This document shows positions 1 through 9,819 of a stretch of 50,767 nt of DNA, one piece after another. The stretch's first letter is position 1. Each line of letters begins with the position of its first letter. The DNA comes from Terrimicrobiaceae bacterium (GTDB lineage: Bacteria; Verrucomicrobiota; Verrucomicrobiia; Chthoniobacterales; Terrimicrobiaceae): contig JBIIPZ010000019.1 of assembly GCA_044342325.1 (NCBI GenBank), positions 1 to 50,767 of the forward strand, written 5' to 3'. The notes under the pieces are model-generated. The model had not been told where the DNA came from. It saw only the letters and a program-made list of their open reading frames with translations, and did no database searches. Both the position numbers and the translations under genes were made by a program.

Positions 1-37
1 CCGCATACGCCCCGCCTCCCCCTTACAAACCGGGCTT

Positions 38-101
38 GTTCAACAATGGGTGCAGTCGGAGGGCTCGTGCCTCGCCTCCGCTACACCCTTTAACGTTCGG
101 T
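38..101. mobile_element. integron attC-like recombination site (64 bp)
   Basis: GTTCAAC at 38-44 fits RYYYAAC and GTTCGGT lies at 95-101. Between them is an imperfect palindrome (GGGTGCAG/CTACACCC, CGGAGG/CCTCCG) with an unpaired base, as in attC hairpins. Orientation is ambiguous and no integrase is in the window. Confidence 0.6.
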
Positions 102-210
102 TGCTCCTTCTCGCACCTGCCATGGTGCTTGATTGTGGTTAAATAATTTTCTTGTTGGTAACACGATAAAACGTGTCTGTTCGATTCGCGCATACCTTGA
201 AGCCCCGCTC

Positions 211-465
211 TCACCTTTTTGTTCCGCGAAAAAACGGTTTCGACTCCCTCCGCGCCGTCCTTCGAAATGGTGTCCATCGCTGATCGCCGCCGCCAGCGGG
301 AGGCGGCTCAGGCCGATCCTCACCACCTTCATCCGGCGGCTCCTTGCCCCCGCCTGATTGGAACTTCGCCACCAACCAAATGATGCCGATCACCAACAGC
401 AAAGGCCAAGCCGGCACAAACCACGCCAACATGAAAAAGAAAACGAAGACAGCGAGGCGATTCAT
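211..465 (-). CDS. small membrane protein, hypothetical
   Basis: ATG start, N-terminal hydrophobic segment(s), then a Pro/Gly-rich tail; last of a run of tightly packed minus-strand ORFs. Confidence 0.55.
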   Translation of the reverse strand: MNRLAVFVFFFMLAWFVPAWPLLLVIGIIWLVAKFQSGGGKEPPDEGGEDRPEPPPAGGGDQRWTPFRRTARRESKPFFRGTKR

Positions 466-470
466 GGGTT

Positions 471-659
471 TCAGGGGGGTGTCTGCTTTTGTTGAGCGGC
501 ATTCCTCTTCAGGAGCAAATCCGCCTCCATCTGCGCGATTTGCTCTTCAGAAAGTTTGAGGAGATCCACTTGCCCGTCAACCAGGATGGAGTTTATCGTT
601 GTAACAAGCGGATACTTTTTTTGCTGTGCAATAAGTTCTGAGAGGCAGGTTTTGTTCAT
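471..659 (-). CDS. small hypothetical protein
   Basis: ORF packed between its neighbours; ATG at 659 preferred over the TTG at 671 used by the track. Confidence 0.45.
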   Translation of the reverse strand: MNKTCLSELIAQQKKYPLVTTINSILVDGQVDLLKLSEEQIAQMEADLLLKRNAAQQKQTPP

Positions 660-667
660 TATCACAC

Positions 668-1129
668 TCAAATAGAGGATCGTTGCTTCAAGGCAGCGTC
701 TAAAATCCCTTTCGCTTCAGCAAACACCTCCTTTTCAAGCAGCATTTCCAACTGCTGAAGCGCAGGTTGGTTTTCATCAAATGGCAGCTTTCTCGTCTCC
801 ATCCATGCACGGATGCCAAGATAGGATTTCCACTGCCACTCTTCTGGGAGAGAAAGCCATGGGCATCCTCCTGCCTTGCCATAACGATCTTCGAGGGTGG
901 GCAGAAGATCGCGAGGGTAAATCTCTTCGATAATTTGCTGGCGAAGGAGGTATGCAAGCATTTTAGCCTTATAGTCTTCAATCGAAGCATCTAATACATT
1001 CCAGAATTGGTGGTTCTCATCTTCATTCAGTAAACTAATCGACGACCGGTCTGAATTATTACGTCGCCTCAAGAAATAAAAAACAATTCCAAAAACAATT
1101 AAAATTAGAAGTCCTTTTTCTATAGACAT
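668..1129 (-). CDS. hypothetical protein with N-terminal membrane anchor
   Basis: ATG at 1129 directly follows the upstream stop; GLLILIVFGIVFYFL followed by RRR. Confidence 0.7.
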   Translation of the reverse strand: MSIEKGLLILIVFGIVFYFLRRRNNSDRSSISLLNEDENHQFWNVLDASIEDYKAKMLAYLLRQQIIEEIYPRDLLPTLEDRYGKAGGCPWLSLPEEWQWKSYLGIRAWMETRKLPFDENQPALQQLEMLLEKEVFAEAKGILDAALKQRSSI

Positions 1130-1130
1130 A

Positions 1131-3122
1131 TTATTGCTCTGTTTTTTTGTGTTGATGGACATAAGTTTTTATTTTTTCAACTTGCGAGTGACTCTCATTA
1201 AGTTTTCTAATCTCATTTTCTATTTTTTCTTGTTCACTTTTTTTGTCAATAAAGCCTTTAGACAAATTTTCTATCTGTTCTATGCGAATACTTAAAGTGT
1301 CACGCAAGTTATCTTCCATCCTGCTGGAAATATTGGATAATTGATTCTTTATTTGTTGGGTCGCACCTTCAATGTGATTGTTGAAAAAGCAAGTAAGCTT
1401 ATCAGCTATGTTAGTAATGATTTGTGATCTTGCATTGTTTCGTCCATCCTTGGAGTTGAACCAACGCTCCCAGAATTCGGTGCTATCTTTGCGGATTTTC
1501 TCCAATCCCTGCACTTCAGCAATCATTCTCGTTTTTTTGTTGAGTTCGCTTATGGCGAAAAAAGTCTCATAGTCAATCATTTCATCCAGAGAGTGACCTG
1601 AGTCCCACTTCATCCATTTCCCCTTCATTTTCACTGAAAAATCCGTAATGCTCTGTTCAACTTGTGTTATGAGTTTATCCATTAGGGTCTTCATTTCATG
1701 AATTTTTGAATCATAAGAACGCGTGAAAGACCATGAAGCCTCCGCTGGTAGGCTGCGAATATTATCAATGCGCTGTAAATCCGCTTTAATAGTATCCACA
1801 ATGTTAACTCTTATCTTAAGCATATCGTCTTTATAGACTGAAAAAAAGTCACCTACTGAATTTTCTTTGATTTTTTTTTGTTGCTTAAAATAGGCGCTCA
1901 GTTCTTTTTCCTCTTTTTTGAGTTCCTTTATCTGAAACTCAAGCTCCTCAACAGTTTTACCTAAATCTTTCAGTCGAACATTCCGTTGCGAAAGCTGGGT
2001 ATTAATATAGCGAATTTTTCGCTCCAGCAATTTGTCGATAAAAGAACTATGGCTGTCGATACGATCTTTGCCCGTCATTGAGACCAAGTGCTCCTCGACC
2101 ATTGACTTTAAAGCATCGATCCCGTTCTTTTCAGGGTGAAGCATTCCTTCTTTTGCAAATTTATCTTTATACCATGATAGCTCATCGGATAGTGGCAATC
2201 CCGAGGATTCCATTTGAGAGATCAATTTGGCCAATGCGCATACGAATACTATTGATTTTTTTGTGCCAAAAACTTCTCGAATTGAAGGTTCATTATGCGT
2301 GGATAGCTCTCTTAAATATGCTTCAAGGGCTTCTATGCCCCCATCAACAATGTCTATTTTGTTTAGCGCAATAACCCGTTTGTCTTTTGAAACATGAAGC
2401 AGATATTCATTTAAAAAATTGAAATCTGGCTGGGCCATCGCCTGTCCCGCATAGCTGACATAGAGAATAGAGTCAGCTTGGGTTACAAATCGCTTGGTTT
2501 GATCTTCACGGAATTTGTATGGATCGTCTACACCTGGCGTATCAGCAACGGTGATTGAGCGAAGCCATGGGTGCGGATAAAACAGGGTTACCTCTTTCAC
2601 AAACGGTGAGAATTTTCCACCTTTTACCACAGGCGTCACATATTGATGTAGGTCAGACAGACTGTTGTGCGTCCGCACAAGAGCCACAGAGCGAATGCAT
2701 TCATCCTTGTAGATACCCTCGTTTGCCGCAGCTTCAAGCTCTGAGCGGAATCTTTGGGCCACTTCCGCTGAGTTCTGCCCCATTTCTGCATTTAACAAAT
2801 TCCATTCCTCGCTATTATAGAAGGTTATTCTAAGTGACTCTTTTTCTGCATATTCAATACGGGAATTCTTTGAGGTATGCGGCGTGTCATCACTCGGCAA
2901 GACAGGATTTTCAAAAAGGAGAGAATTTAATAGTGTGGATTTTCCAGCGTTAATGCGACCACAAACTGCTAAAATAAAACGACCTGTCAAAAGATTGGAT
3001 CGACGCTCTTCGACTTGGGGAACACCAGTTTCCTCGACTGGTAAAATCCCAGATGAAAGTATATGTTCATATGCATCCAGGAGATGGTTTCGTTGTAATT
3101 CAAATTCGTCTAATGTTTTCAT
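1131..3122 (-). CDS. dynamin-like GTPase (bacterial DLP family), third in operon
   Basis: G1 GRINAGKST, G3 DTPG, G4 NKID; long helical/coiled-coil C-terminus. Confidence 0.88.
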   Translation of the reverse strand: MKTLDEFELQRNHLLDAYEHILSSGILPVEETGVPQVEERRSNLLTGRFILAVCGRINAGKSTLLNSLLFENPVLPSDDTPHTSKNSRIEYAEKESLRITFYNSEEWNLLNAEMGQNSAEVAQRFRSELEAAANEGIYKDECIRSVALVRTHNSLSDLHQYVTPVVKGGKFSPFVKEVTLFYPHPWLRSITVADTPGVDDPYKFREDQTKRFVTQADSILYVSYAGQAMAQPDFNFLNEYLLHVSKDKRVIALNKIDIVDGGIEALEAYLRELSTHNEPSIREVFGTKKSIVFVCALAKLISQMESSGLPLSDELSWYKDKFAKEGMLHPEKNGIDALKSMVEEHLVSMTGKDRIDSHSSFIDKLLERKIRYINTQLSQRNVRLKDLGKTVEELEFQIKELKKEEKELSAYFKQQKKIKENSVGDFFSVYKDDMLKIRVNIVDTIKADLQRIDNIRSLPAEASWSFTRSYDSKIHEMKTLMDKLITQVEQSITDFSVKMKGKWMKWDSGHSLDEMIDYETFFAISELNKKTRMIAEVQGLEKIRKDSTEFWERWFNSKDGRNNARSQIITNIADKLTCFFNNHIEGATQQIKNQLSNISSRMEDNLRDTLSIRIEQIENLSKGFIDKKSEQEKIENEIRKLNESHSQVEKIKTYVHQHKKTEQ

Positions 3123-3131
3123 AGAAAATTT

Positions 3132-4715
3132 CTAATTAAAAAGCGTTTTCCCCTGCTGGTATGTTCGATGTAATGATTGCGAGGCACGATAGTGTATGAG
3201 CACACAATCTCTTTTTGCGCTAGTCTGGTCGCAGTATTTAGCAATGGTGTATTTCTGGATTCTTGTAATGGAATCATACAATGGTTTCCAAGTTAACTCT
3301 GCAATCGATTCAAATTCATTTTTCAATTCGTATTCAAGGTCCTCCTGAGCAGCTTCAACTGAGTTAAATTGTCTTCCAATTGATTCCAGTATTTCTACCT
3401 CCTGATTTGCAGCTGATGCACATGCATTTCTTTCATAATCAAAAATAACTGGCTTGAGTGCGTTGTCATTTCCAAGCAAGCGGCGAATAAACCTCTCCAT
3501 TACCTCTTCGAAAATAGTAAATACTCCTGCGGATGCAAACTTTTCGAGGAGTTTTTCACTCTTATATACAACTCGGCCCTCATTCCACAAGCTGAAAATC
3601 CACCAGCTGCTGTTTATAACTTCCTCTACAATTAGTCCTTCCCGGCATGCAGCAAGCAATTCATCTTTAAAATTCTCCCCCACCACTGCAACGAATTCAT
3701 TAAAGTTAGAAACAACCTTCTCAAGTCTTTGATCACGATCGAGCACCTCTTGCTTAATTTTTGTAACACGAGTGTCCAAATAAGCTTCAACTCCTGCCCC
3801 GTCCTTTAATCTTCGATCTAAGTGATTTTGAACTTCTCGGAGTAATGATGTATTATTCCTGGCTGCGGCATCCTTGCGGAGATCGGACAGCAAATTTGTG
3901 ATATCTTGGCGGGAAGTAATATCGCTCCTCTCACACTTTGTTGAATAAGTAAAAATTTGGGAGTTAAAAACAGATTCGTATTTAGTTTGAAACTCTGTCT
4001 TGATTTTGTGTGTTTTTTCGGGAGGTTTGCTGTCTGCTTTATTGAGCACCAACAAAATCCTTGTGTCGGGCGCTTTGGACTTCAGTAGTTCCAGCGTCTT
4101 CTTATCAGATTCAGGAAGCTCTCCATTATTAATATCAGTGAGGTATAAAAAAACATCTGTTTCTGGTATGATGCTTTCGCTTACAGTTCCATCGTTAGGA
4201 TTTTTTCGGTTATTAAAACCAGGTGTATCCATCAGTTCAAGCCCCGTGAGCGCATCATTTGGGAGCACGATTGTAAAGTGCATGATTTGGTCTGCGGTTG
4301 ATGCTTGAGCTTCTTGAACGCGTCTTTTATACTCTATGTGATCGATTTTGCGGTATTTTTTTTCAGGAGGTTCTTGAATGAATATTTTCTGCGTGGAACC
4401 ATACACGAACCTTGTGACCACGGAGGTAGTTGGACCAATATTTGTAGGACAGATTTCGTTTTGGAGGAAGTGATTGATAAAACTGCTTTTTCCTGCACTA
4501 AAAGAACCAACGACGGCCATTCTTAGCGGTAGAGAGCCCTTTTGGAACTTCTTAAGTTTGGATGCGAGGTCTTGTGAGTGATTCGCCATTCGGTCGAAGT
4601 AGTCATTGATTTCCGGGGGAGGCGGATCATCAATCATAATAGATTCAAGTCGCTTCAAGGCAGTATATTCTGCCTTTAGGTTATTTATGAGAGCTTTTAT
4701 ATCCCAATTGTTCAT
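3132..4715 (-). CDS. dynamin-like GTPase, second in operon
   Basis: G1 GSFSAGKSS, G2 PTT, G3 DTPG, G4 NKAD. Confidence 0.88.
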   Translation of the reverse strand: MNNWDIKALINNLKAEYTALKRLESIMIDDPPPPEINDYFDRMANHSQDLASKLKKFQKGSLPLRMAVVGSFSAGKSSFINHFLQNEICPTNIGPTTSVVTRFVYGSTQKIFIQEPPEKKYRKIDHIEYKRRVQEAQASTADQIMHFTIVLPNDALTGLELMDTPGFNNRKNPNDGTVSESIIPETDVFLYLTDINNGELPESDKKTLELLKSKAPDTRILLVLNKADSKPPEKTHKIKTEFQTKYESVFNSQIFTYSTKCERSDITSRQDITNLLSDLRKDAAARNNTSLLREVQNHLDRRLKDGAGVEAYLDTRVTKIKQEVLDRDQRLEKVVSNFNEFVAVVGENFKDELLAACREGLIVEEVINSSWWIFSLWNEGRVVYKSEKLLEKFASAGVFTIFEEVMERFIRRLLGNDNALKPVIFDYERNACASAANQEVEILESIGRQFNSVEAAQEDLEYELKNEFESIAELTWKPLYDSITRIQKYTIAKYCDQTSAKRDCVLIHYRASQSLHRTYQQGKTLFN

Positions 4716-4721
4716 GCACCA

Positions 4722-6440
4722 TTAAGATGGTTGTCGCATCGCTGCGGTAATGTCTTGCAAATCCTTTTGGACTTCGTTTCGTTTCGTTCTTAAATCTTGA
4801 ACAGATAATTCTCGTGCGGCGCGTGTCTCACGCAAGCCGTCCTCGTGTGCTGCCAACTGATTAGATAGAGGGCGAAAGCAAGTTTGTTCAAGGTGAGACT
4901 GAAGATCGAGCAAAATGGAATCAGCCAAGTTTCCGGCTATCTGAGGGAATTGTTTTGCGATTTCTTGATCATTCAGCTGGCGCTTAACAAGGTCACCAGC
5001 TAACTCCAAAGGGTTGATTTCCTTAACTACACGAGCAACAATGATAAGAGATTTCTTGAAAGCTGACTTGGCGGCCTGCTTTGCGGCATTTTTAACGGTT
5101 TGTTTTGCAGCCGATTGTGCAGCAGCAGCTCCACCTGCTCCACTTGCTCCAGCGCTTACTCCAGCGCCTGCTCCAGCAGTCACTGCTGCAGTAACAGCTA
5201 ATGTTGTTAAAGTTACGGCTCTATCAACGTATTTTGCATTATTTTTAAGCTGTTCTAATAGCGCTGAGGCCTGCGCGCTTGGAATCGGTCCCAAATCAAG
5301 TGTTTGGCCAGGGGAATAGTTATAGAGGTGTTTTTCAGCTACTTTCTTAAAGGCTGAATCCAGTTCGGCATAAGCTGCAGGGAGATCTTCAACTTCAGCA
5401 TTTGCAAATCGAGGTCTAAGCATATCTGCCTCGGTGGCCAATGCTTTTCGGAACGCCAAATGCCATTCTTCCAATCTCTGATTTTCCTTTGTTCGGGCTT
5501 GGTTAATCGCCTGAATCTGGAGGAGCAAGTCTCTCTCTTTCTGTTCAAATTCGGCAGAGTTGAAATCCAAGCCCTCCAAATAGGTGTGCAGTGCAGTTAT
5601 CAGAAGTGCTCCAATATGGCTCAGATGCTTTGCGTGGCGCTCCACAAGAAGCGCTTTTTTCTGCTCAACAAAGGTGGATCTAAACACGGAAGTGTATTCC
5701 TTGAGTTGCTCCAAATCGCCATTTAACGATGCTGGGGCATTTGTCAAAAGGATCTTCAGCGGAACAGATGACTGAAAAGCTTCGTCAAGTTGAGCTTCTA
5801 TGTCTTTCCTGACCTTATCGGAGCTTTCATGAGGTTTTGTATCTGAGAATGTAAGGACGAAAAGAATCCTATGCTTCAAATCACGAATCTCCTCGCGTTT
5901 TAGAAACTCAATAATACTCGCGGGAACTGTGCCATGGGCCATGCTTAAACAGATCACCAACCCGTCAAAAAGGGAAAGTTGTGTGAGGGTAGCTTCTGAG
6001 TGACCGCCCATGAGTGAATTGAGACCTGGCGAATCTATCAACTGAAGGCCTGGGATAAGCGTGGGGCTCGGGGGCACATTCAATACAAGCGAGCCTGTTT
6101 TTTGCCCTGTTGCGATTTCCGAAAAGATTTCTGCGCTCACTGGGGTTTCTTTGCCATCGGATTGAACAGAAAACCTACACGGCGATTCGAGGTTTTCGAC
6201 CGCCTCCACAGTAATAATAGTAGCAGTTGTCGGATCTACGCGTGACGGCAATAGTTTTTTTCCGAGCATTGCGTTAATGAGAGTCGATTTTCCCGACGAA
6301 AACTCTCCCACAAAGCCGATACGCGTTTTTAGTTTTTCAGCGTTCTGGCAAAACTGCTCGGAAATCGAAGGGAAACTATATCGTGCCAAGACTCGAGGGA
6401 TCAGGGCAGATAGACTGTTATTATAATCGGTGGTATTCAT
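4722..6440 (-). CDS. dynamin-like GTPase, first in operon
   Basis: G1 GEFSSGKST, G2 PTT, G3 DSPG; G4 position reads TFSD; Ala/Gly-rich hydrophobic paddle (VTLTTLAVTAAVTAGAGAG). Confidence 0.88.
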   Translation of the reverse strand: MNTTDYNNSLSALIPRVLARYSFPSISEQFCQNAEKLKTRIGFVGEFSSGKSTLINAMLGKKLLPSRVDPTTATIITVEAVENLESPCRFSVQSDGKETPVSAEIFSEIATGQKTGSLVLNVPPSPTLIPGLQLIDSPGLNSLMGGHSEATLTQLSLFDGLVICLSMAHGTVPASIIEFLKREEIRDLKHRILFVLTFSDTKPHESSDKVRKDIEAQLDEAFQSSVPLKILLTNAPASLNGDLEQLKEYTSVFRSTFVEQKKALLVERHAKHLSHIGALLITALHTYLEGLDFNSAEFEQKERDLLLQIQAINQARTKENQRLEEWHLAFRKALATEADMLRPRFANAEVEDLPAAYAELDSAFKKVAEKHLYNYSPGQTLDLGPIPSAQASALLEQLKNNAKYVDRAVTLTTLAVTAAVTAGAGAGVSAGASGAGGAAAAQSAAKQTVKNAAKQAAKSAFKKSLIIVARVVKEINPLELAGDLVKRQLNDQEIAKQFPQIAGNLADSILLDLQSHLEQTCFRPLSNQLAAHEDGLRETRAARELSVQDLRTKRNEVQKDLQDITAAMRQPS

Positions 6441-6545
6441 AAATCGGATAGTGTTTAAAGTTGGATACAGAAAAAACGAAGCCAGACTTGCTCAGGTTCC
6501 CTCGGAACGGCCCGAGATTTACGGATTTGCTGTAGGTGAAGCCCA

Positions 6546-7001
6546 TTAGAATTCGTCGAGGCCTGAGAGGCGGTTTTCGGTATCGTCGGCGATGCGAGCG
6601 ACCATGCCAATGAGGTCGCAGAGCGACTGGGCGCGAAGGGCGGCGCTCACGGTGACGCTGAAGACGGCGTAGTGTGTCTTCTCAGTGTCAAAGATCACAT
6701 TCCATGCTCCGAATTCGAGCCTGGCATTTTCACGAAGGAGGAAATTGGCGGTGCGGACTTCGAAAGGGCCTTGGGAGGTGAGGGCGATCGAGGCAATAGT
6801 GCGCATCTCGACACCCATGAACTCGCGAGTAGAGGAGTCTATGATAACTTGCTGGGAACGATTGTCTGTGCACTCGACATACACGATGATATCGCCGCTG
6901 GGGTCAATCTCGTAGGTAACTTCCATTTCGTCGAGCGCGGCAGTGAGGCGCTGATCAGGGATTGGCGCTTCTTCCGTCTGTGACTCGTTTTCGTCGTTCA
7001 T
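6546..7001 (-). CDS. YbjN-like protein (T3SS-chaperone-like fold)
   Basis: Acidic 151-aa protein with YEID..GD, RSQQVII, ANFLLRENARLEFGAW and ADDTENRLSGLDEF patterns typical of this family. Confidence 0.6.
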   Translation of the reverse strand: MNDENESQTEEAPIPDQRLTAALDEMEVTYEIDPSGDIIVYVECTDNRSQQVIIDSSTREFMGVEMRTIASIALTSQGPFEVRTANFLLRENARLEFGAWNVIFDTEKTHYAVFSVTVSAALRAQSLCDLIGMVARIADDTENRLSGLDEF

Positions 7002-7014
7002 TGTCTTGGGGTTC

Positions 7015-7644
7015 TTACTTCAGAGCGGTTTGAATTTGAGGCTCTGCGAGGAGCGTTGAAAGGCTGGCTCCGGTTTTTGAAAGAACGCTCTCTCTGGCAT
7101 GGAGTGCGGGCGCGAAGAAGTTGCCGCCGAGGTTGGCGGTCTCGCTCTTGCTGGCCGTGGCGAGTAATTTTCCTGCGGAATCACGGACTTCAACAATGAA
7201 TGCGTAGTCGAGTTCCGTATTGATGAGTGTGTCGCTGTTGTATTGCTGGATGCGGATCAAAACTTGGCGGTCCGTGCCTGTGCCGCGTAGCGCCGCGAGG
7301 GCGGATGTGGCATCGCTGCTTGTGATGGGCGGTGCGAGTTTGCGATTGGAACCGAAGCCGCGCGTGACAACGGCGGCGATCTCGGTGGCGACCGGAGACT
7401 TGGTGGCGGTTTTGACGCGGTAGGGGATGCCGTAGCCGTCGCGGGTCACGCCGATCAATTCCGGCGTGATGTCGCCTTGGCGGAGCGATTGCCTTTCGTC
7501 CACGCAAGCTACAGCGATGGATGACTGGCCCGAGGGGGCGGCGACCTGCGTTTGGCGGAGGTCGTATTTGTTCCACATGGTGCAGCCTGTGAAATGGAAT
7601 GAGAGAGCGGCAGTGAGGATCGATAGCAGGATTTTTTGTTTCAT
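7015..7644 (-). CDS. lipoprotein, possibly YajG-like
   Basis: Signal peptide with lipobox FTGC; CVDER motif and IG..RDGYG.P motif. Confidence 0.65.
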   Translation of the reverse strand: MKQKILLSILTAALSFHFTGCTMWNKYDLRQTQVAAPSGQSSIAVACVDERQSLRQGDITPELIGVTRDGYGIPYRVKTATKSPVATEIAAVVTRGFGSNRKLAPPITSSDATSALAALRGTGTDRQVLIRIQQYNSDTLINTELDYAFIVEVRDSAGKLLATASKSETANLGGNFFAPALHARESVLSKTGASLSTLLAEPQIQTALK

Positions 7645-7772
7645 GATTGGGTTTGGAGGCGGGAAAAAGTGGAGTGGGGAATGTGTGGAGAATGGTTTAT
7701 TTCGTCAGACATTGACCGGTTTATTGCGGCAGGTCGAGAGCGTGCTTTCGTGGAGGATTCGGAAGACGAAAC

Positions 7773-7982
7773 TCAGGAGCCTCTTCTCCGTTTTGCGGCT
7801 TGATTCTTGGCTCGGAGCTCGGCTGTCAGCTTGCGTATCGTCTTGCCGTCAACGACTCGGTATGTGCCTTGCTTGTAGAGCTTGCGGGTGATGTTGACGG
7901 TCAACTGCGTCGGGCTTGGGAGGGATAATGCGTCGAGCGATGCTTGGATTTCTTCGGCGGATATTTCGTCGTGTGGATTCAT
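7773..7982 (-). CDS. small hypothetical protein
   Basis: ATG-started 69-aa ORF co-oriented with its neighbours; no recognised motif. Confidence 0.45.
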   Translation of the reverse strand: MNPHDEISAEEIQASLDALSLPSPTQLTVNITRKLYKQGTYRVVDGKTIRKLTAELRAKNQAAKRRRGS

Positions 7983-8012
7983 GGTGGATGAGGTGATTTG
8001 GGGATTGGGATT

Positions 8013-9249
8013 TTATTTCAAGAGAAAGACGAAGAGCGCATGAATTGCCACGCCGATGAGCCCGCCGACGACCGTGCCATTGAGCCTTATGAATTGCAGG
8101 TCGGTGCCCACAGTGGCTTCGAGCTTGTCCGTCATTTCCGCAGCATCCCACGCTTTGATCGTGCTGGTGACGATCTCGCGGATGTGCGGCTTGGCTGCCA
8201 ACGCCGCTCCGAGCACTTGCTCGGCCAGGAAGGTATTGGTCCCTTCGCGCAGTGGGGTGTTTTCGGTCAATTCGCGGGAGGCCGAAAGCAGCGCCTCGGA
8301 AATCTTTTGCAAAATGACGGAGGCTGCCGCAGCAAGGTCGCGCTTGAGAAAGTCTGCAAGCTCCTCCAAGGCCTTTTGGAAAAAATTATCCACGAGCGGG
8401 CTATTCGCCAGCGCCTCCTGCATGGCGCGAACCCTGGCGGCGAGTTCGGGCGAGGATTCCAGGTCTGTGATGAGACGGTTCAGGCGCGTCTGGAAAGAAA
8501 CCCAGAGCGGGTGGTCTTGATTTGAGCAGGCCTCATTGAGAGCGGTGTGGATTTTTTCAATCGTGCGATTGGCGACGGCAGCGGCGATTTGGTTTCGGAA
8601 GTGATCCAACGCAGGGCCTGCTGCGTTTTTGAGAAAAGGAATGGCATTCAGCAAGTCGGACGAGATCGGGACTTCCTCGCTGATCTTTGTTTGGATGGTC
8701 TCGCGATTCTCCGCGATCGCGGCCGCTCCCGGTGAGCGTCTGGAGTCCACTGGCAAGCAGGGGAGCGGCATTCGCTGTGAGGATGACATAGCGCGCACGC
8801 TGGGTGAGTAGGCTGGTGATTTGCTCGGATGGAATCCTCTCGACCAACACGGGGGCAAATTTGCCCACTCGCCTGCTCAGGCTCTCCGCGTTGGCACTCA
8901 GCCAGCGCGAGATCATGCCTGCAAAGTCGATCTGGCGAATTCTTGGGCCGAGCTGCGCCTCAGTAAGAAATCCCTCCTCCAAAAAGGTCGCCAACGATTC
9001 AGCCACGCGCGCTTTGTTATTCGGAAGAATGGCTGTGTGCGGAATCGGAATTCCCAGCGGGTGACGAAACAAAGCCACCACCGCAAACCAATCCGCCAGC
9101 GCACCGACAGTCGCCGCCTCAAAAAATGCCAGAGGCCGCGCCAGCCAGTTCCAATGGGCTTCTCCAAGCCGACAGCCTATCATTCCGACAAAGCAAAAGA
9201 TGAGTGCGCCAGATGCGAACCACCGCATTTTTTGAAGGGTGATTTTCAT
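8013..9249 (-). pseudogene. DUF445 family membrane protein, frameshifted
   Basis: The N-terminal motif EAATVGALADWFAVVALFRHPLGIPIPHTAI (ORF 8557..9249) and the C-terminal motif DLQFIRLNGTVVGGLIG (ORF 8013..8858) are in different frames; the switch is near 8711-8722. Confidence 0.8.
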
Positions 9250-9292
9250 GTTTCAAATCAAAATGAGGTGATCCGACGGATGGGATGTGCCA

Positions 9293-9694
9293 TCAAGCCT
9301 GTCCTTCGGAATGCGCCTTGCGGTGAGCGTCCATAATGTCGAACCACAGCCCTTCGTAAGCCTTGTATTTCTTGCGCTGGTGCGGCGTGGCCTTGATCTC
9401 GTCTTTGAAGTTGTCGTAGGTGATCGTGCTGCTCAGGGCGTCAAAAATGGCGGCGAAATCCTCGCTGTTTTCGACATAGATCCGGTAGCGGTAGTCCGAG
9501 TAGTCCCAGTCATGAATGCTCGTCACGGATGTCTCCTTCCACTCGAAGCCATGTGCATGACTGGTTTTGGCATGAAGGCGGGTCAGATCGTTCTTGTCAC
9601 GTGCGCGTATGACATGCACTTCGGGCCCGTCCTCATTGAGGTGGGAGGTTTTTTTGACGATGGAATAGAAGCCGATATTTGATGCGATCCACAT
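9293..9694 (-). CDS. hypothetical protein (MW....GFYSIV ... RAR ... DYRYR ... I.YDNFK type)
   Basis: Clean 133-aa ORF with a motif pattern I recognise from accessory-locus proteins; function unknown. Confidence 0.75.
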   Translation of the reverse strand: MWIASNIGFYSIVKKTSHLNEDGPEVHVIRARDKNDLTRLHAKTSHAHGFEWKETSVTSIHDWDYSDYRYRIYVENSEDFAAIFDALSSTITYDNFKDEIKATPHQRKKYKAYEGLWFDIMDAHRKAHSEGQA

Positions 9695-9819
9695 GGGTGA
9701 AAATTAGATTTTTTGAGGTGTAATGGAGAGTGAAATAGTTTCGTTGGGGATGGCTTTTTCTGTTGCGAAAACCAAGTTTTTGAAGGCTGTTTTTGCCTTA
9801 AAAGAGGACGAGCACGCCG

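Noticed and set aside
1..30. Possible group II intron domain V fragment (CCGCATACG)
   Set aside because: Too short, truncated by the window edge, and without the rest of the domain V/VI pattern.
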